In this document: piece after piece, positions 49,261 to 58,963 of the stretch
Position numbering within the stretch: the first letter of the stretch is position 1
Layout: the number at the start of each line of letters is the position of its first letter
Assembly (NCBI GenBank): GCA_031459385.1
Contig: JAVKIP010000001.1
Coordinates: 256,001 to 320,000 of the forward strand
Direction: 5' to 3'
DNA length: 64,000 nt
Source: Candidatus Fervidifonticultor secundus
GTDB lineage: Bacteria; Sysuimicrobiota; Sysuimicrobiia; Sysuimicrobiales; Humicultoraceae
Position numbers and translations under genes: made by a program
Notes under the pieces: generated by a model
Databases searched by the model: none
Told to the model about the DNA's origin: nothing
What the model saw: the letters and a program-made list of their open reading frames with translations, nothing else

Positions 49261-50391
49261 TCAGGCGCCGGTCGTCACGGGAACCTGCACGCCCAGCTCC
49301 TCCAGCACCGCGCGGATCGCCGCCAGCGCCCTGCGGATGTGCCCCTCGTCGATTCGCCCGATGCACCCGATGCGGAACGAGTCGACGCGGGTGAGTTTGC
49401 CAGGGTAGATCAGGTAACCGCGCCGTGCCAGGCGGTCGTAGAGCGCCTGGAAGTCGAACCGCGGGTCGGACGGCACGAGAAAGGTGACGATGACCGGCCC
49501 CTGCAGCGCGTCGGGCAGCAGCGTGCGGAAGCCCAGTGCCCGCATGCCTTCCATCAGCACCTGGCAGTTGCGCCGGTAGCGGGCCAGGCGGGCGGGGCTG
49601 CCGCCTTCGGCGGCGTGTTCCTCCAGCGCCCGGTCCAAGGCGGCCAGTACGTGCGTGGGCGGCGTGAACCGCCACTGGCCCGTCTCCTCCATGAAGCGCC
49701 ACTGGTCGGCCAGGTCGAGGACCACCGACGGTGCGTTGCCCGCGGCGGTCTCCAGCGCCGTGCGGCGCGCGATGACGAACGTCGCGCCGGGCACCCCCTC
49801 GAGGCACTTGTTGGGTGACGAGACCAGGGCGTCGTACGGCATGGTGCGGGTGTCGCAGGGCAGGGCGCCGAAGGCGCTCATGGCGTCCACGAGCAGCCGC
49901 CGCCCGGCGGCTGCCACCACGTCGGCCACCTCGGCCAGCGGGTTGACGATGCCGGAGGTCGTCTCGGAGTAGACGACGGCCACGTGGGTGACGGCCGCGT
50001 CGGTGGCCAGGGCCGCGGCCGCCACCTGTGGGTCCACGGCCTGGTCCTCGGCCCATTCCAGGACGGCGTGCGCGCGTCCCAGGACCCGGCAGATCTGCAC
50101 CATGCGGCGCCCGTAAGCGCCGTTGGCGAGGACGAGCACCTTGCCGTCACGGGGCACGAACGTGCCGAGCATCGCCTCCACCCCGAAGGTGCCCGAGCCC
50201 TGCAGGAGCACCGCCTCGTGGGTCCCCTCGCCGCCGGCGAGCTCGACGAGCCGGCGCCGTACGCGGGCCGTCATGGCCACGAACGCCGCATCACGCGATC
50301 CCCAGTCGCGCAACATCGCCTCGCGGACCGTCCGCGAGGTGGTCAGCGGGCCCGGAGTCAGCAGCACGGGCACGTCGTCGGTACGCATCAT
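49261..50391 (-). CDS. phnW: 2-aminoethylphosphonate-pyruvate transaminase
   Basis: LLTPGPLTTS, DWGSRD, QGSGT, VDAMS, SSPNKCLEG, QWRFTPPT, IYPGKLT..SFRIGCIG. Confidence 0.95.
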   Translation of the reverse strand: MMRTDDVPVLLTPGPLTTSRTVREAMLRDWGSRDAAFVAMTARVRRRLVELAGGEGTHEAVLLQGSGTFGVEAMLGTFVPRDGKVLVLANGAYGRRMVQICRVLGRAHAVLEWAEDQAVDPQVAAAALATDAAVTHVAVVYSETTSGIVNPLAEVADVVAAAGRRLLVDAMSAFGALPCDTRTMPYDALVSSPNKCLEGVPGATFVIARRTALETAAGNAPSVVLDLADQWRFMEETGQWRFTPPTHVLAALDRALEEHAAEGGSPARLARYRRNCQVLMEGMRALGFRTLLPDALQGPVIVTFLVPSDPRFDFQALYDRLARRGYLIYPGKLTRVDSFRIGCIGRIDEGHIRRALAAIRAVLEELGVQVPVTTGA

Positions 50392-52094
50392 CGCCTCCGC
50401 CAGGCCTGGGTGCGCCGGTCGAGCCCCCGCGCCACCAGCAGGTGGAGCAGCTTCACCGCCGCCGACGTGTAGAAGATCATCATGGCCATGGCCGCGGCGG
50501 CGCCCTGCTGGCCGGTGTCGTCCATGTAGACCACCGCGATGGACGCCAGGCGGGTGTGCGGCGCCCACAGGAAGATTACTGCCGAGACTGTGGTCATGGC
50601 GTTGACGAACAGGTAGACCGCGATGTCGAGGATGGCTGGCAGGCACACCGGCACCGTGACGGCCCAGAGCGTGCGGTAGAACGGTGCCCGCAGCGACGCC
50701 GAGACGGCTTCGAACTCGGCGTCGAGCTGCTTGAGGGCCGTGGTCGCGGTCAGGTGGCTCACGGTGTAGAAGTGGACGATGGTGTTGATCACCATGATGG
50801 CCAGGGTGTTGTAGAGGAACCCCAGGGGGTTGGCGGGGTGGTTGAAGAAGAAGATGTAGCTGATGCCCAGCACCAGCCCCGGTACGGCTAAGGGCAGCAT
50901 GGCCAGCAGCTGCGTCAGGACCCGCACCGGTCCCCACCCCCGGGTCTTCTCCAGCAGGTAGGCGGTGGTGAAGACGATGGCCGTGCCCACCAGGGCCGCG
51001 GCCCCCGCCATCCTCAGAGAGTTCGTGTACGGCAGCCAGCCCTGGGTCTCGAAGCGGGCAAAGTTGTAGTTTTTCAGCCCCAGCGCCAGGTTGTAGGGCC
51101 AGAACGAGACAAACGAGCCCCACGCGGCCACCGCCAGTAGGCCCACGATGGGCACGGCGATGAGGGTACAGATGCCGAAGAACGTCCAGTCCACCGCCGG
51201 GCGCGGCCGGGGCTGGAGCGGCACCGCCTGGGGCGTGAGGGTGGCCTGCTGGCGGAGGCGCACGTAGCGTTCGGCCAGGAACGAGAGCACCGCGGGGACC
51301 AGCAGGATCATGCTGACCACGGCACCGGTCTCGAAGTTCTGGCGGCCGAAGACCTGCTTGTAGACGTCGGTGGCCAGCACGTTGAACTGTCCGCCGATGA
51401 CCTTGGGAATGCCGAAGTCGGTGATGACCAGGGTGAACACCACGAAGGCGGCGCTCATGAGGCCGTACTTGGCGCCGGGCACTGTGACCGTCAGGAAGAT
51501 CCGCCGGGGTGTGGCGCCCAGCGCGGCCGCCGACTCGTACAGCCGCGCGTCGGCCGTGGCCAGGGCGGTGGTCAAGATCATCAGGGCGTGGGGGAAGCAG
51601 TAGACGGCCTCGGCCGCGACGATCCCCAGCGGCCCGTAGATGGAGTGACCCAGCAGCCAGTCCCGGAGCAGCCCCTGGTTGCCGAACAGGTAGACCAGGG
51701 CCAGGGCCTGCAGCAGCGACGGTGCCAGGATGGGGACCAGCGCCACCGCGCCGAAGACCGCCTTGGCCTTCATGCTCGTGCGGGTCAGCGCATAGGCGTA
51801 GAGGAACGCAGCCGGCAGCACCAGCACCGTGGTGACCACCGCCACCCCCATGCTGTGCCAGATGGACGACGCCAGCGCAGGACTCGCCAGGTACTCGGCG
51901 TAGTTGGCCAAGCCCACGAACCGCCCGTCCCGGTCGAGGAACGACTTGGACAGCAGCGCCCACAGGGGACCCGCCACGGTCACCGCCAGCCACAGCGCCG
52001 CACCGGCCAGGCCCGCGCGGGCGAGGCGCTCGTCGGCAGCCAGCTGCCGGCGCAGGGGCCGGGCCGCCCGGGGGGTCAGCGCCGTCGTGACCAC
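50388..52094 (-). CDS. Putative 2-AEP ABC transporter permease (PhnU2-like)
   Basis: APSLL, YLFGNQG, TDFGIPKVIGG, FVNAMTTVSA; overlaps the phnW start. Confidence 0.88.
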   Translation of the reverse strand: MVTTALTPRAARPLRRQLAADERLARAGLAGAALWLAVTVAGPLWALLSKSFLDRDGRFVGLANYAEYLASPALASSIWHSMGVAVVTTVLVLPAAFLYAYALTRTSMKAKAVFGAVALVPILAPSLLQALALVYLFGNQGLLRDWLLGHSIYGPLGIVAAEAVYCFPHALMILTTALATADARLYESAAALGATPRRIFLTVTVPGAKYGLMSAAFVVFTLVITDFGIPKVIGGQFNVLATDVYKQVFGRQNFETGAVVSMILLVPAVLSFLAERYVRLRQQATLTPQAVPLQPRPRPAVDWTFFGICTLIAVPIVGLLAVAAWGSFVSFWPYNLALGLKNYNFARFETQGWLPYTNSLRMAGAAALVGTAIVFTTAYLLEKTRGWGPVRVLTQLLAMLPLAVPGLVLGISYIFFFNHPANPLGFLYNTLAIMVINTIVHFYTVSHLTATTALKQLDAEFEAVSASLRAPFYRTLWAVTVPVCLPAILDIAVYLFVNAMTTVSAVIFLWAPHTRLASIAVVYMDDTGQQGAAAAMAMMIFYTSAAVKLLHLLVARGLDRRTQAWRRR

Positions 52095-52100
52095 GGCGGC

Positions 52101-53180
52101 TCAGTCGCCGGGGAAGACGCGGACGCGGTCAGCAGGCACGGACACGGTGAGGGTCCGGCCCGGTGCCAGGTTCACCTCGCGGTGCAGGTGCGCGGGAACG
52201 TCGGCACGGAGGGCGGCGGCATCCGCTGCGGCCGGCCGGAGGGTGGCCCGGTAGAAGGATCCCAGGAAGTCGACGGCGACCACCTCGGCTGCGATGGTGT
52301 TGGGGGCACCGGTACGGGCGCCGCGAACGTCCACGTCCTCGGGGCGGAAGCAGACGCGCACCGGGCTCCCCGCCGACAGGCCGTCGGCAGGGGCGCAGGT
52401 CAGTTCTGTGGCACCGACACGCACGCGGTCAGGGCGCAGCAGGGTACCGCGGAGGAAGTTCATCTCGCCTACGAAGTCGGCGACGAAGGAGGTGGCAGGG
52501 TGTTGGTAGACGTCCATGGGCGTGCCGATCTGCTCGATGACGCCATGGTTCATGACCGCGATGCGGTCAGCCATGGTCAGGGCCTCCTCCTGATCGTGGG
52601 TGACCAGGATCGTCGTCACGCCCAGCTGGCGTTGCAGGTGGCGGACCTCGTGCCGCAGCCGTACCCGCAGGCGCGCGTCCAGTGCCGACAGCGGTTCGTC
52701 CAGGAGCAGGAGGCTCGGCGACGGCGCCAGGGCCCGGGCCAGCGCCACCCGCTGCTGCTGGCCGCCCGACAGCTGCGCGGGGTACTTGGTCCGCTCGCCC
52801 TGGAGGCCCACCAGGGCCAGCAACTCCTCCACCCGGGCGCGGATCTGGGCCCGGGTGAGCCCTCGGCCCTGGAGGCCGTAGCCGACGTTGTCGAAGACCG
52901 TCAGGTTGGGGAACAGGGCGTACGACTGGAAGACGATGCCGAAGTCGCGACGTGCTGGCGGCAGGCCGGAGATGTCGCGTCCTTCCCTGAGGACACGGCC
53001 GCGGGTCTGGACCTCCAGGCCCATGATGATCCGCAACAGCGTGGTCTTCCCGCACCCTGAGGGGCCGAGCAGGCAGACGAACTCGCCCCGGCCGACGTCG
53101 AAGCTGACGTCCCGCAGCGCCACGAACGCCCCAAACGTCTTCCAGATCTGCTCGACCTGGAGGTAACGGGCGTCGTGCAT
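52101..53180 (-). CDS. Putative 2-AEP ABC transporter ATP-binding protein (PhnT2-like)
   Basis: [30 protein letters not shown]-like C-terminus. Confidence 0.9.
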   Translation of the reverse strand: MHDARYLQVEQIWKTFGAFVALRDVSFDVGRGEFVCLLGPSGCGKTTLLRIIMGLEVQTRGRVLREGRDISGLPPARRDFGIVFQSYALFPNLTVFDNVGYGLQGRGLTRAQIRARVEELLALVGLQGERTKYPAQLSGGQQQRVALARALAPSPSLLLLDEPLSALDARLRVRLRHEVRHLQRQLGVTTILVTHDQEEALTMADRIAVMNHGVIEQIGTPMDVYQHPATSFVADFVGEMNFLRGTLLRPDRVRVGATELTCAPADGLSAGSPVRVCFRPEDVDVRGARTGAPNTIAAEVVAVDFLGSFYRATLRPAAADAAALRADVPAHLHREVNLAPGRTLTVSVPADRVRVFPGD

Positions 53181-53281
53181 GGTGGCAGCCAGGACGGCCC
53201 TGCCGGCCGCGGCCTCACCGCTGACCGGCCCGGGGCTGGTGCCGGTGCGACCAGGCCCCGGGCACGGCAGGCGATCTGGGG

Positions 53282-54328
53282 CTACCGGGTGGGTTTGCCC
53301 TCGTAGCGGCGCACCCACTCCTTGAGGATGCGGTCACGGTTCTTCGCCATCCACTCGAAGTCGTTCTTGATCATCTTCGCTTCGCCGTCGGGCGGGTAGA
53401 ACGGCGGGAGGTTGGACATACCCGGCATCCCCACGATGGCGTACCACTGGTTGTACATCTCCATGGCTCTGCGGCTGACCGAGAAGTCGACCAGGCGGCG
53501 GGCAGCAGCCAGGTTGCGCGTCCCGCGGTGGATGGCCGTCGCCTCCATGTCCCACCCCGCGCCTTCCCTGGGGACGATGACGTCGATGGGCGCGCCTTCC
53601 TGCTTCAGCCGCGCGCCCCGCATGTCGAAGCCGATGCCCAGGGTGAACTCCCCCCGCGCCGCCTGGACGCAGGGCGCCGAGCCCGAATGGGTGTAGTGGC
53701 CGATGTTGTCGTGGACCTGGTCCATGAACTTCCAGCCGTCCTGCTCGCCGAACAGCTGGAGCCACGCCGAGACCGTCAGGAACCCGGTGCCCGAGGAGTT
53801 GGGGTTGGGCATGACCAGCAACCCCTTGTAGATGGAGTTGGTCAGGTCCTTCCACGACTGCGGCCGCCGGATGCCGCGCCGGGCCGCCTCCCGGGTGTTG
53901 AAGCACACCACCGAGAGGAAGGCGTCCATGCCGGTCCACGTCATGGGGTTCTTGCTGCTGCGGAACTGGGGCTTGAGCTGCTCGGCGCCTCGCGGGGTGT
54001 AGGGCTCGATCATGCCCAGCTCCTCGAAGAGGATGATGCTGGTCACCGCCAGCCCCCAGATGACGTCGGCCCGGGGGTTGGCGCGCTCAGCCAACAGGCG
54101 CGCGGTGACGACACCCGTCGAGTCCCGCACCCAGTCGATGACGATGCCCGGGTTCTCGCGCTCGAAGGTTTCCTTGTAGGGCCCGAGCTGGTCGTTCTCC
54201 AGCGCCGTGTAGACGGTCAGCCGGGTGACCTGAGCGCGGGCCTCGCCCAGCAGGCCCACGGCCAGGGCAGCGGCAACCACCGAGACCGCCAGGTACTGCG
54301 CTGTACGCGTCCACCGTCGTGCCGGCAT
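53282..54328 (-). CDS. Putative 2-AEP ABC substrate-binding protein (PhnS2-like)
   Basis: Signal peptide, [33 protein letters not shown]. Confidence 0.9.
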   Translation of the reverse strand: MPARRWTRTAQYLAVSVVAAALAVGLLGEARAQVTRLTVYTALENDQLGPYKETFERENPGIVIDWVRDSTGVVTARLLAERANPRADVIWGLAVTSIILFEELGMIEPYTPRGAEQLKPQFRSSKNPMTWTGMDAFLSVVCFNTREAARRGIRRPQSWKDLTNSIYKGLLVMPNPNSSGTGFLTVSAWLQLFGEQDGWKFMDQVHDNIGHYTHSGSAPCVQAARGEFTLGIGFDMRGARLKQEGAPIDVIVPREGAGWDMEATAIHRGTRNLAAARRLVDFSVSRRAMEMYNQWYAIVGMPGMSNLPPFYPPDGEAKMIKNDFEWMAKNRDRILKEWVRRYEGKPTR

Positions 54329-54407
54329 AGTCACCCCTCCCGGACGGAACGGTCTGTGGCGCTTCCATTCCCTACGCCGTGCGCAATCCCTTGCCGCTCG
54401 CATCGCC

Positions 54408-55874
54408 CTACCCCGGCAGGCGCATGCGGATGCTTTTGACCTGCGTGTAGCTCAACAGCTCCTCCAGGCACTCCTCCCGCCCGATGCCGCTCTGCTTCAC
54501 CCCGCCGTAGGGCACGCCCAGGGCGTGGCCCCCCGGGATGTTGACCCACACATACCCCGCTTCGAGCCGGCGAGCCACCCGCAGCGCCCGGGCAGAGTCG
54601 CGGGTGTAGATTGCCGCGCTCAGCCCGTAGATGACCGCATTCGCCTGGCGGAGCATCTCCTCCTCGTCGTCCCACGTCAGGACGGCGATCACCGGGCCAA
54701 AGATCTCCTCCTGGGCGATGCGCATCTGTGGCCGCACGCCGTCGAACAGCGTGGGCTGCACGAAGAAGCCCCGGCGCAGCGCCGGATCCTCGGGCGGGCC
54801 GCCGCCGTAGAGGAGGCGGGCGCCCTCGCGGCGGCCGGCCTCGATGTATTCCAGGACCTTCTCATACTGTTCCCGCGACACCAGGCACCCGACCTGGCTG
54901 TCGTCGGCCTCGGGCAGGCCCAGACGCAGCACCCGCAGCCGGGCCAGCAGGGCGTCGACGAACGCGTCGTGCAGGTCGCGGTGGACGAACACCCGGGAGG
55001 TGCTGCTGCACGACTGCCCGGCGCGGTTGAGGTTCATGGCTCCCACCGCCGCCTCGGCCGCCTCGTCGGGCGGGACGTCCGGGAACAGGATCAGCGGGTT
55101 CTTGCCGCCCAGCTCCAGCGTGACCACCTTGAGCCCATCGGCGGCGGCCCGCATGACCGCCCGCCCGGCTTCCACCGAGCCGATCAGGGCGACCCGCCGC
55201 ACCAGGGGGTGGCGGACCAGGGCCGCGCCGGTCGTGGGACCGTCGCCGGTCACGATGTTCACGACGCCCGGCGGGAACAGGTCCGCTACCAGGCGGCCCA
55301 GCACCAGGGACGAGAGGGGGGCCTGCTCGGGCGGTTTGATGACCACGGTGTTGCCGGCCGCCAGCGGCGCCGCCAGCTTCTCGGCCGCGAACCGCAGCGG
55401 GTGGTTGTACGGGTTGATCTTGGCCACGACGCCGTAGGGCTCGCGCACCGTGCACGCAAACTCGCCGAGGCCGGTAGGGTACGTTTCCCCTTTGAGTTCG
55501 GGGGTCAGCCCGGCGAAGTAGTCCAGCGCCTCCGCCGCCCAGTCCACGTCGCGGCGCATGCCGGTGATCACGTTGCCCGAGTTGAGGGCGTCCAGCCGCG
55601 CCAACACGTCGCGGTGCTGGCGGAGGGCGGTGGCCAGCTGACGCAGCCGCACCGCGCGCTCGGCCGGCGGGGTGGCGGTCCAGGCGGGAGCTGCCGCGTG
55701 CGCTGCAGTGACGGCGAGATCGACGTCGGCTTCGTCGGCCAGCGGGACGTGGGCCAGCACTTCCCGGGTGGCGGGGTTGTAGGTCGGCAGGGTACGGCCG
55801 GACCGGCTCTCTTCCCAGCGCCCGCCGATGAACAGCCGGCCGACCGGCAGCTCGTCGAGCAGCGTCACGGACAT
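54408..55874 (-). CDS. Aldehyde dehydrogenase (PhdK-like subfamily; candidate phosphonoacetaldehyde dehydrogenase)
   Basis: PYNHP, ALIGS, LELGGKN, GQSCSSTSR, EEIFGP; does not resemble canonical PhnY as recalled. Confidence 0.88.
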   Translation of the reverse strand: MSVTLLDELPVGRLFIGGRWEESRSGRTLPTYNPATREVLAHVPLADEADVDLAVTAAHAAAPAWTATPPAERAVRLRQLATALRQHRDVLARLDALNSGNVITGMRRDVDWAAEALDYFAGLTPELKGETYPTGLGEFACTVREPYGVVAKINPYNHPLRFAAEKLAAPLAAGNTVVIKPPEQAPLSSLVLGRLVADLFPPGVVNIVTGDGPTTGAALVRHPLVRRVALIGSVEAGRAVMRAAADGLKVVTLELGGKNPLILFPDVPPDEAAEAAVGAMNLNRAGQSCSSTSRVFVHRDLHDAFVDALLARLRVLRLGLPEADDSQVGCLVSREQYEKVLEYIEAGRREGARLLYGGGPPEDPALRRGFFVQPTLFDGVRPQMRIAQEEIFGPVIAVLTWDDEEEMLRQANAVIYGLSAAIYTRDSARALRVARRLEAGYVWVNIPGGHALGVPYGGVKQSGIGREECLEELLSYTQVKSIRMRLPG

Positions 55875-56078
55875 GTCCAGCCCCTGGGGCGTCGCCCCTG
55901 GCGGTAGTGTCGTGAGGTCATGCGCGTATCGCCTCGCGTGCTTCCCGCAGGGCCGCCCGCGCGGCTTCCATGGCCCAGGAGCACCGACCCCCAACCCATG
56001 GGGAAGTTCCACGTACCGGCGGCCCGTCGTGTCCCATGCCCGGTACCCATGCCCGCGCCCTCCCCGCCGCGCACAGTG

Positions 56079-56945
56079 CTACCCGGGGTGCGGGACTGCC
56101 AGCCGCTCGGGCGGCAGCGTGCGCTCCGGCGGCCCGTCGTAGAACTCCGGTTTCTGCAGCTCCAGGTCCAGCGGTTGCACGATGGGTGCCTGCGTCGAGG
56201 CCCGCCAGCCGCGCTCGCGGTGCATCTCCTCGTAGGTGTGGGCGATGAGCCCTACCGTCCGCGACAGCAGGTAGACGCCCTTGATCAGGTCCACGTCGAA
56301 CCCCATGTCCATGCAGATGGCGCCCACCGCCCCGGGGCCGTTCAGGTAGAGGCGCCGACCCCAGAACTCCTCGGTGGCCGCCTCGATGGCCCGGGCCATG
56401 GCCACGTGTCGCCCGGCCACCCCGTAGGCGTCGGCCAGCTCCAGCAGGCGCGCGGTGCGCGGGTCGACGATGTGCTGCGCATGGTGGTAGCCAGGCAGCC
56501 GTCGGCCCTCCCGCCGCGCCTCGCCGGCGACGCGGCGCGCGGTCTCCTCGAGGGTGAGACCTTCTTGGTCCATGCGGGCGATCGCCTCCTTGAACAGCGC
56601 CGCGGGCCGGTCGGCCGTGCCGTGGAGCGCGCCGAGGGCGAGCAGCCCGCCCGCCACGCCCACGTGCAGCGGCACACCGCCCGAGGTGACGAAGCGGCAG
56701 GCCGCCGACGACGGCGAGAACGCGTGCTCGCACTGGTTCACCAGAATGGCATCGAGCATGCGGGCGTGGTGCTCGGGGGGCAACTCGCCGCGCCAGACCA
56801 GGTAGGCCATCTCGGCGAACGAGACCCGACCCGTCAGGTCGTTGATGTTGTACCCGCGGACCACCACGCGGTCCCGGGTCTTGTAGGCGATGGCGGTACG
56901 CCAGTGGAATGGCTCCCGGCGCGGTGTCGCTGCGGCTGGTTCCAT
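56079..56945 (-). CDS. Citryl-CoA lyase-like protein (citrate synthase fold)
   Basis: WRTAI, VRGY, EH, LHG, PGYHH, DPR, SRTVGLIAH; NGPG replaces NVDG. Confidence 0.82.
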   Translation of the reverse strand: MEPAAATPRREPFHWRTAIAYKTRDRVVVRGYNINDLTGRVSFAEMAYLVWRGELPPEHHARMLDAILVNQCEHAFSPSSAACRFVTSGGVPLHVGVAGGLLALGALHGTADRPAALFKEAIARMDQEGLTLEETARRVAGEARREGRRLPGYHHAQHIVDPRTARLLELADAYGVAGRHVAMARAIEAATEEFWGRRLYLNGPGAVGAICMDMGFDVDLIKGVYLLSRTVGLIAHTYEEMHRERGWRASTQAPIVQPLDLELQKPEFYDGPPERTLPPERLAVPHPG

Positions 56946-56990
56946 GGACGGGACCTCCTCCGGTGCTCTGCGCGCGTCGGCCGGCGCCGG

Positions 56991-57824
56991 CTATCGCGGC
57001 GCCGGCCGGACGCCGGCGACGGTGGCGTCGTCGGACCTCAGGTAGACACGCTGCGGGTCGAGCTCTTCGCGCAGCACCCGCAGGTCCTCGGCCTCTGGCG
57101 GTGCCACCGTGCCCACGTCCGCCGCCACCTCGGGCCGGAACCCTGTCTGGGCCAGGACGTCGTCCACGCGCACCCCCGGCATCAGGCGCGTCAGGCGCAG
57201 CGTGCACGTCACGGGATCGCTTTCGAGCACCGCCAGGTCGGTGACCACGGTCACGGCGAAGTCGGGAGACAGCCCGGCCCGCTGGCGGGCCCCGGGGCCG
57301 TCGAGGAACCCGGGGCTGGTGATGTAGTCGCACCGCTCGGGGAACCGGCGCCTCTCGTGGTGGGCGATGATGAGCAGCCGTCGGCAGTGGCTGGCCATAT
57401 CGTTGGCACCGCCGCTGCCCGGCAGCCGGCGGCGCAGCGCGCCCGGCGGGCCGATCTGCGTCGAGTTGATGTTGGCGTGGCGGTCGATCTGCGCGCCGCC
57501 CAGGAAGCCCACGTCGATCAGCCCCCGCTGGAGCAGGCCGCCCAGCACCTCCCGCAGCGTGCCCAGGCGCATCGCACGCGCCATGACCTTGGGGTCAGAG
57601 ACCGAGATCGGTGTCGGCCGCACCAGCGGCGCGATGACGCCGCTCTCGATGACCATGACGACACCCGGGGCGTGGCGGCGCTGCGCCAGGGCCGTGGCCA
57701 GCAGGGGCAGACCCGTGCCGACGAAGACCACCTCGCCGTCGCGCAGGCGGCGGGCGGCCTCGATCACCATGAGCTCCTGGTGACTGAAGGCGCGCGCCCG
57801 GTCGGTGCCCGTCGCCTGAGGCAC
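56991..57824 (-). CDS. Family I CoA transferase subunit B (GctB-like)
   Basis: VFVGTGLP, IESG catalytic Glu, FLGGAQID..ANIN, LPGSGGANDMA. Confidence 0.9.
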   Translation of the reverse strand: MPQATGTDRARAFSHQELMVIEAARRLRDGEVVFVGTGLPLLATALAQRRHAPGVVMVIESGVIAPLVRPTPISVSDPKVMARAMRLGTLREVLGGLLQRGLIDVGFLGGAQIDRHANINSTQIGPPGALRRRLPGSGGANDMASHCRRLLIIAHHERRRFPERCDYITSPGFLDGPGARQRAGLSPDFAVTVVTDLAVLESDPVTCTLRLTRLMPGVRVDDVLAQTGFRPEVAADVGTVAPPEAEDLRVLREELDPQRVYLRSDDATVAGVRPAPR

Positions 57825-57867
57825 TACCGCGCCCTCCGCGCCACCGGCGCCGCCGCCACGTCCGGCA

Positions 57868-58863
57868 CTACAGCACCTCCCGCATGGCCGCGCGCAGCGC
57901 CGCCAGGCGCGCCGGGCCCGCGGTCCGCGCCAGGTAGTCGTCGAAGGACGGACAGTCCCACACCGTCGCCTGGAGGTACGCGTCTACCGCGGCCGGTCCG
58001 GCGCGGGCCGCCTCCTGGTAGCGGGCGACTTCGAGCGCGTCGTAGTCGTAGTGGCCGTAGACCGACGTGGGGTAGGCGCCGAACGGCTGGACCACCACGG
58101 CGTCGACGTACATGAAGGGCACCGTCGTCCGCTCGGGGGCGGCCCGGATCTCGTCGGTCGAGATCAACTCCTCGCACGAGACGACCACGGCCCGCGAGGC
58201 GCGCAGCATCTCGGGCTCGTGGGTGGCGAAGCCTTCGATGACGAGGTTGCCGAGCGGGTCGGCGCGCTGGACGTGCACGATGGAGACGTCGGGCTGCAGC
58301 GCCGGCACCAGGACCACGGGCTCGCCCGGCGCCCAGGGGTTGTCGACGACCACGGCCTTGCCGGGCCCGCGCGGCGCGGGCGTGTCGGCGCCCGGCGCCG
58401 CGGCACCCCGCCCCCCGTGGGGCGCCGCACCCGCAGGGGGGACCCCCAGCATGTCGGAGCCCAGCAGGCTGCGCGTCGGCATGAACGGCACGCCCATCTC
58501 ACCGGCCAGGAAGCGGCTGACCATGGCCAGGTGGCTGTAGTCCTCATGCTCCAGGGTGCCGTCCTCGATGCCGCGGCGCCAGCAAAACGTCACCCCGAAC
58601 CGCTCCAGGTTGCCCGAGCCCGACTCGGTGCGCCGGACCAGGCCGGCGCCGACCAGCTGGTCCATGCCGATCGACAGGTTGCAGCCCACCACGGTCAGGC
58701 CGCCGATGCGCTGGCGGATGATCTCGTGGGTCAGCGCCTGGGGACAGCGACCGATGTTCTGGCCGCCCATGCCCAGCACGCTGCCCGGCCGCACGAAGCG
58801 CGCGACCGCCTCGGCTGCTGTCATGACTTTGGGCGCGGTGCGGGCCGCGGCGGGAACTGCCAC
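57868..58863 (-). CDS. Family I CoA transferase subunit A (GctA-like)
   Basis: HEIIRQ, DQLVGAG, PFMPTRSLLGSD, HVQRAD..GN, PFGAYP; GGAGG RBS. Confidence 0.9.
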   Translation of the reverse strand: MAVPAAARTAPKVMTAAEAVARFVRPGSVLGMGGQNIGRCPQALTHEIIRQRIGGLTVVGCNLSIGMDQLVGAGLVRRTESGSGNLERFGVTFCWRRGIEDGTLEHEDYSHLAMVSRFLAGEMGVPFMPTRSLLGSDMLGVPPAGAAPHGGRGAAAPGADTPAPRGPGKAVVVDNPWAPGEPVVLVPALQPDVSIVHVQRADPLGNLVIEGFATHEPEMLRASRAVVVSCEELISTDEIRAAPERTTVPFMYVDAVVVQPFGAYPTSVYGHYDYDALEVARYQEAARAGPAAVDAYLQATVWDCPSFDDYLARTAGPARLAALRAAMREVL

Positions 58864-58896
58864 TGCCGACCTCCAGGGGCACGCTGGCTTGCCTGC

Positions 58897-58925
58897 ATTA
58901 TGGGAGGGGGCCTGGATAATGTCAA
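58897..58925 (-). promoter_or_regulatory. Sigma70 promoter of the CoA transferase operon
   Basis: Minus strand TTGACA (58925-58920) - 17 nt - CATAAT (58902-58897) in an AT-rich gap divergent from lysR. Confidence 0.75.
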
Positions 58926-58963
58926 ATAAGAGATGCGCGACGTTTTCTAAGAAGATATTATAG

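Noticed and set aside
55875..56078. CCCATG repeats in the lyase-ALDH gap as CRISPR or sRNA
   Set aside because: Too short and irregular, with no repeat-spacer periodicity.
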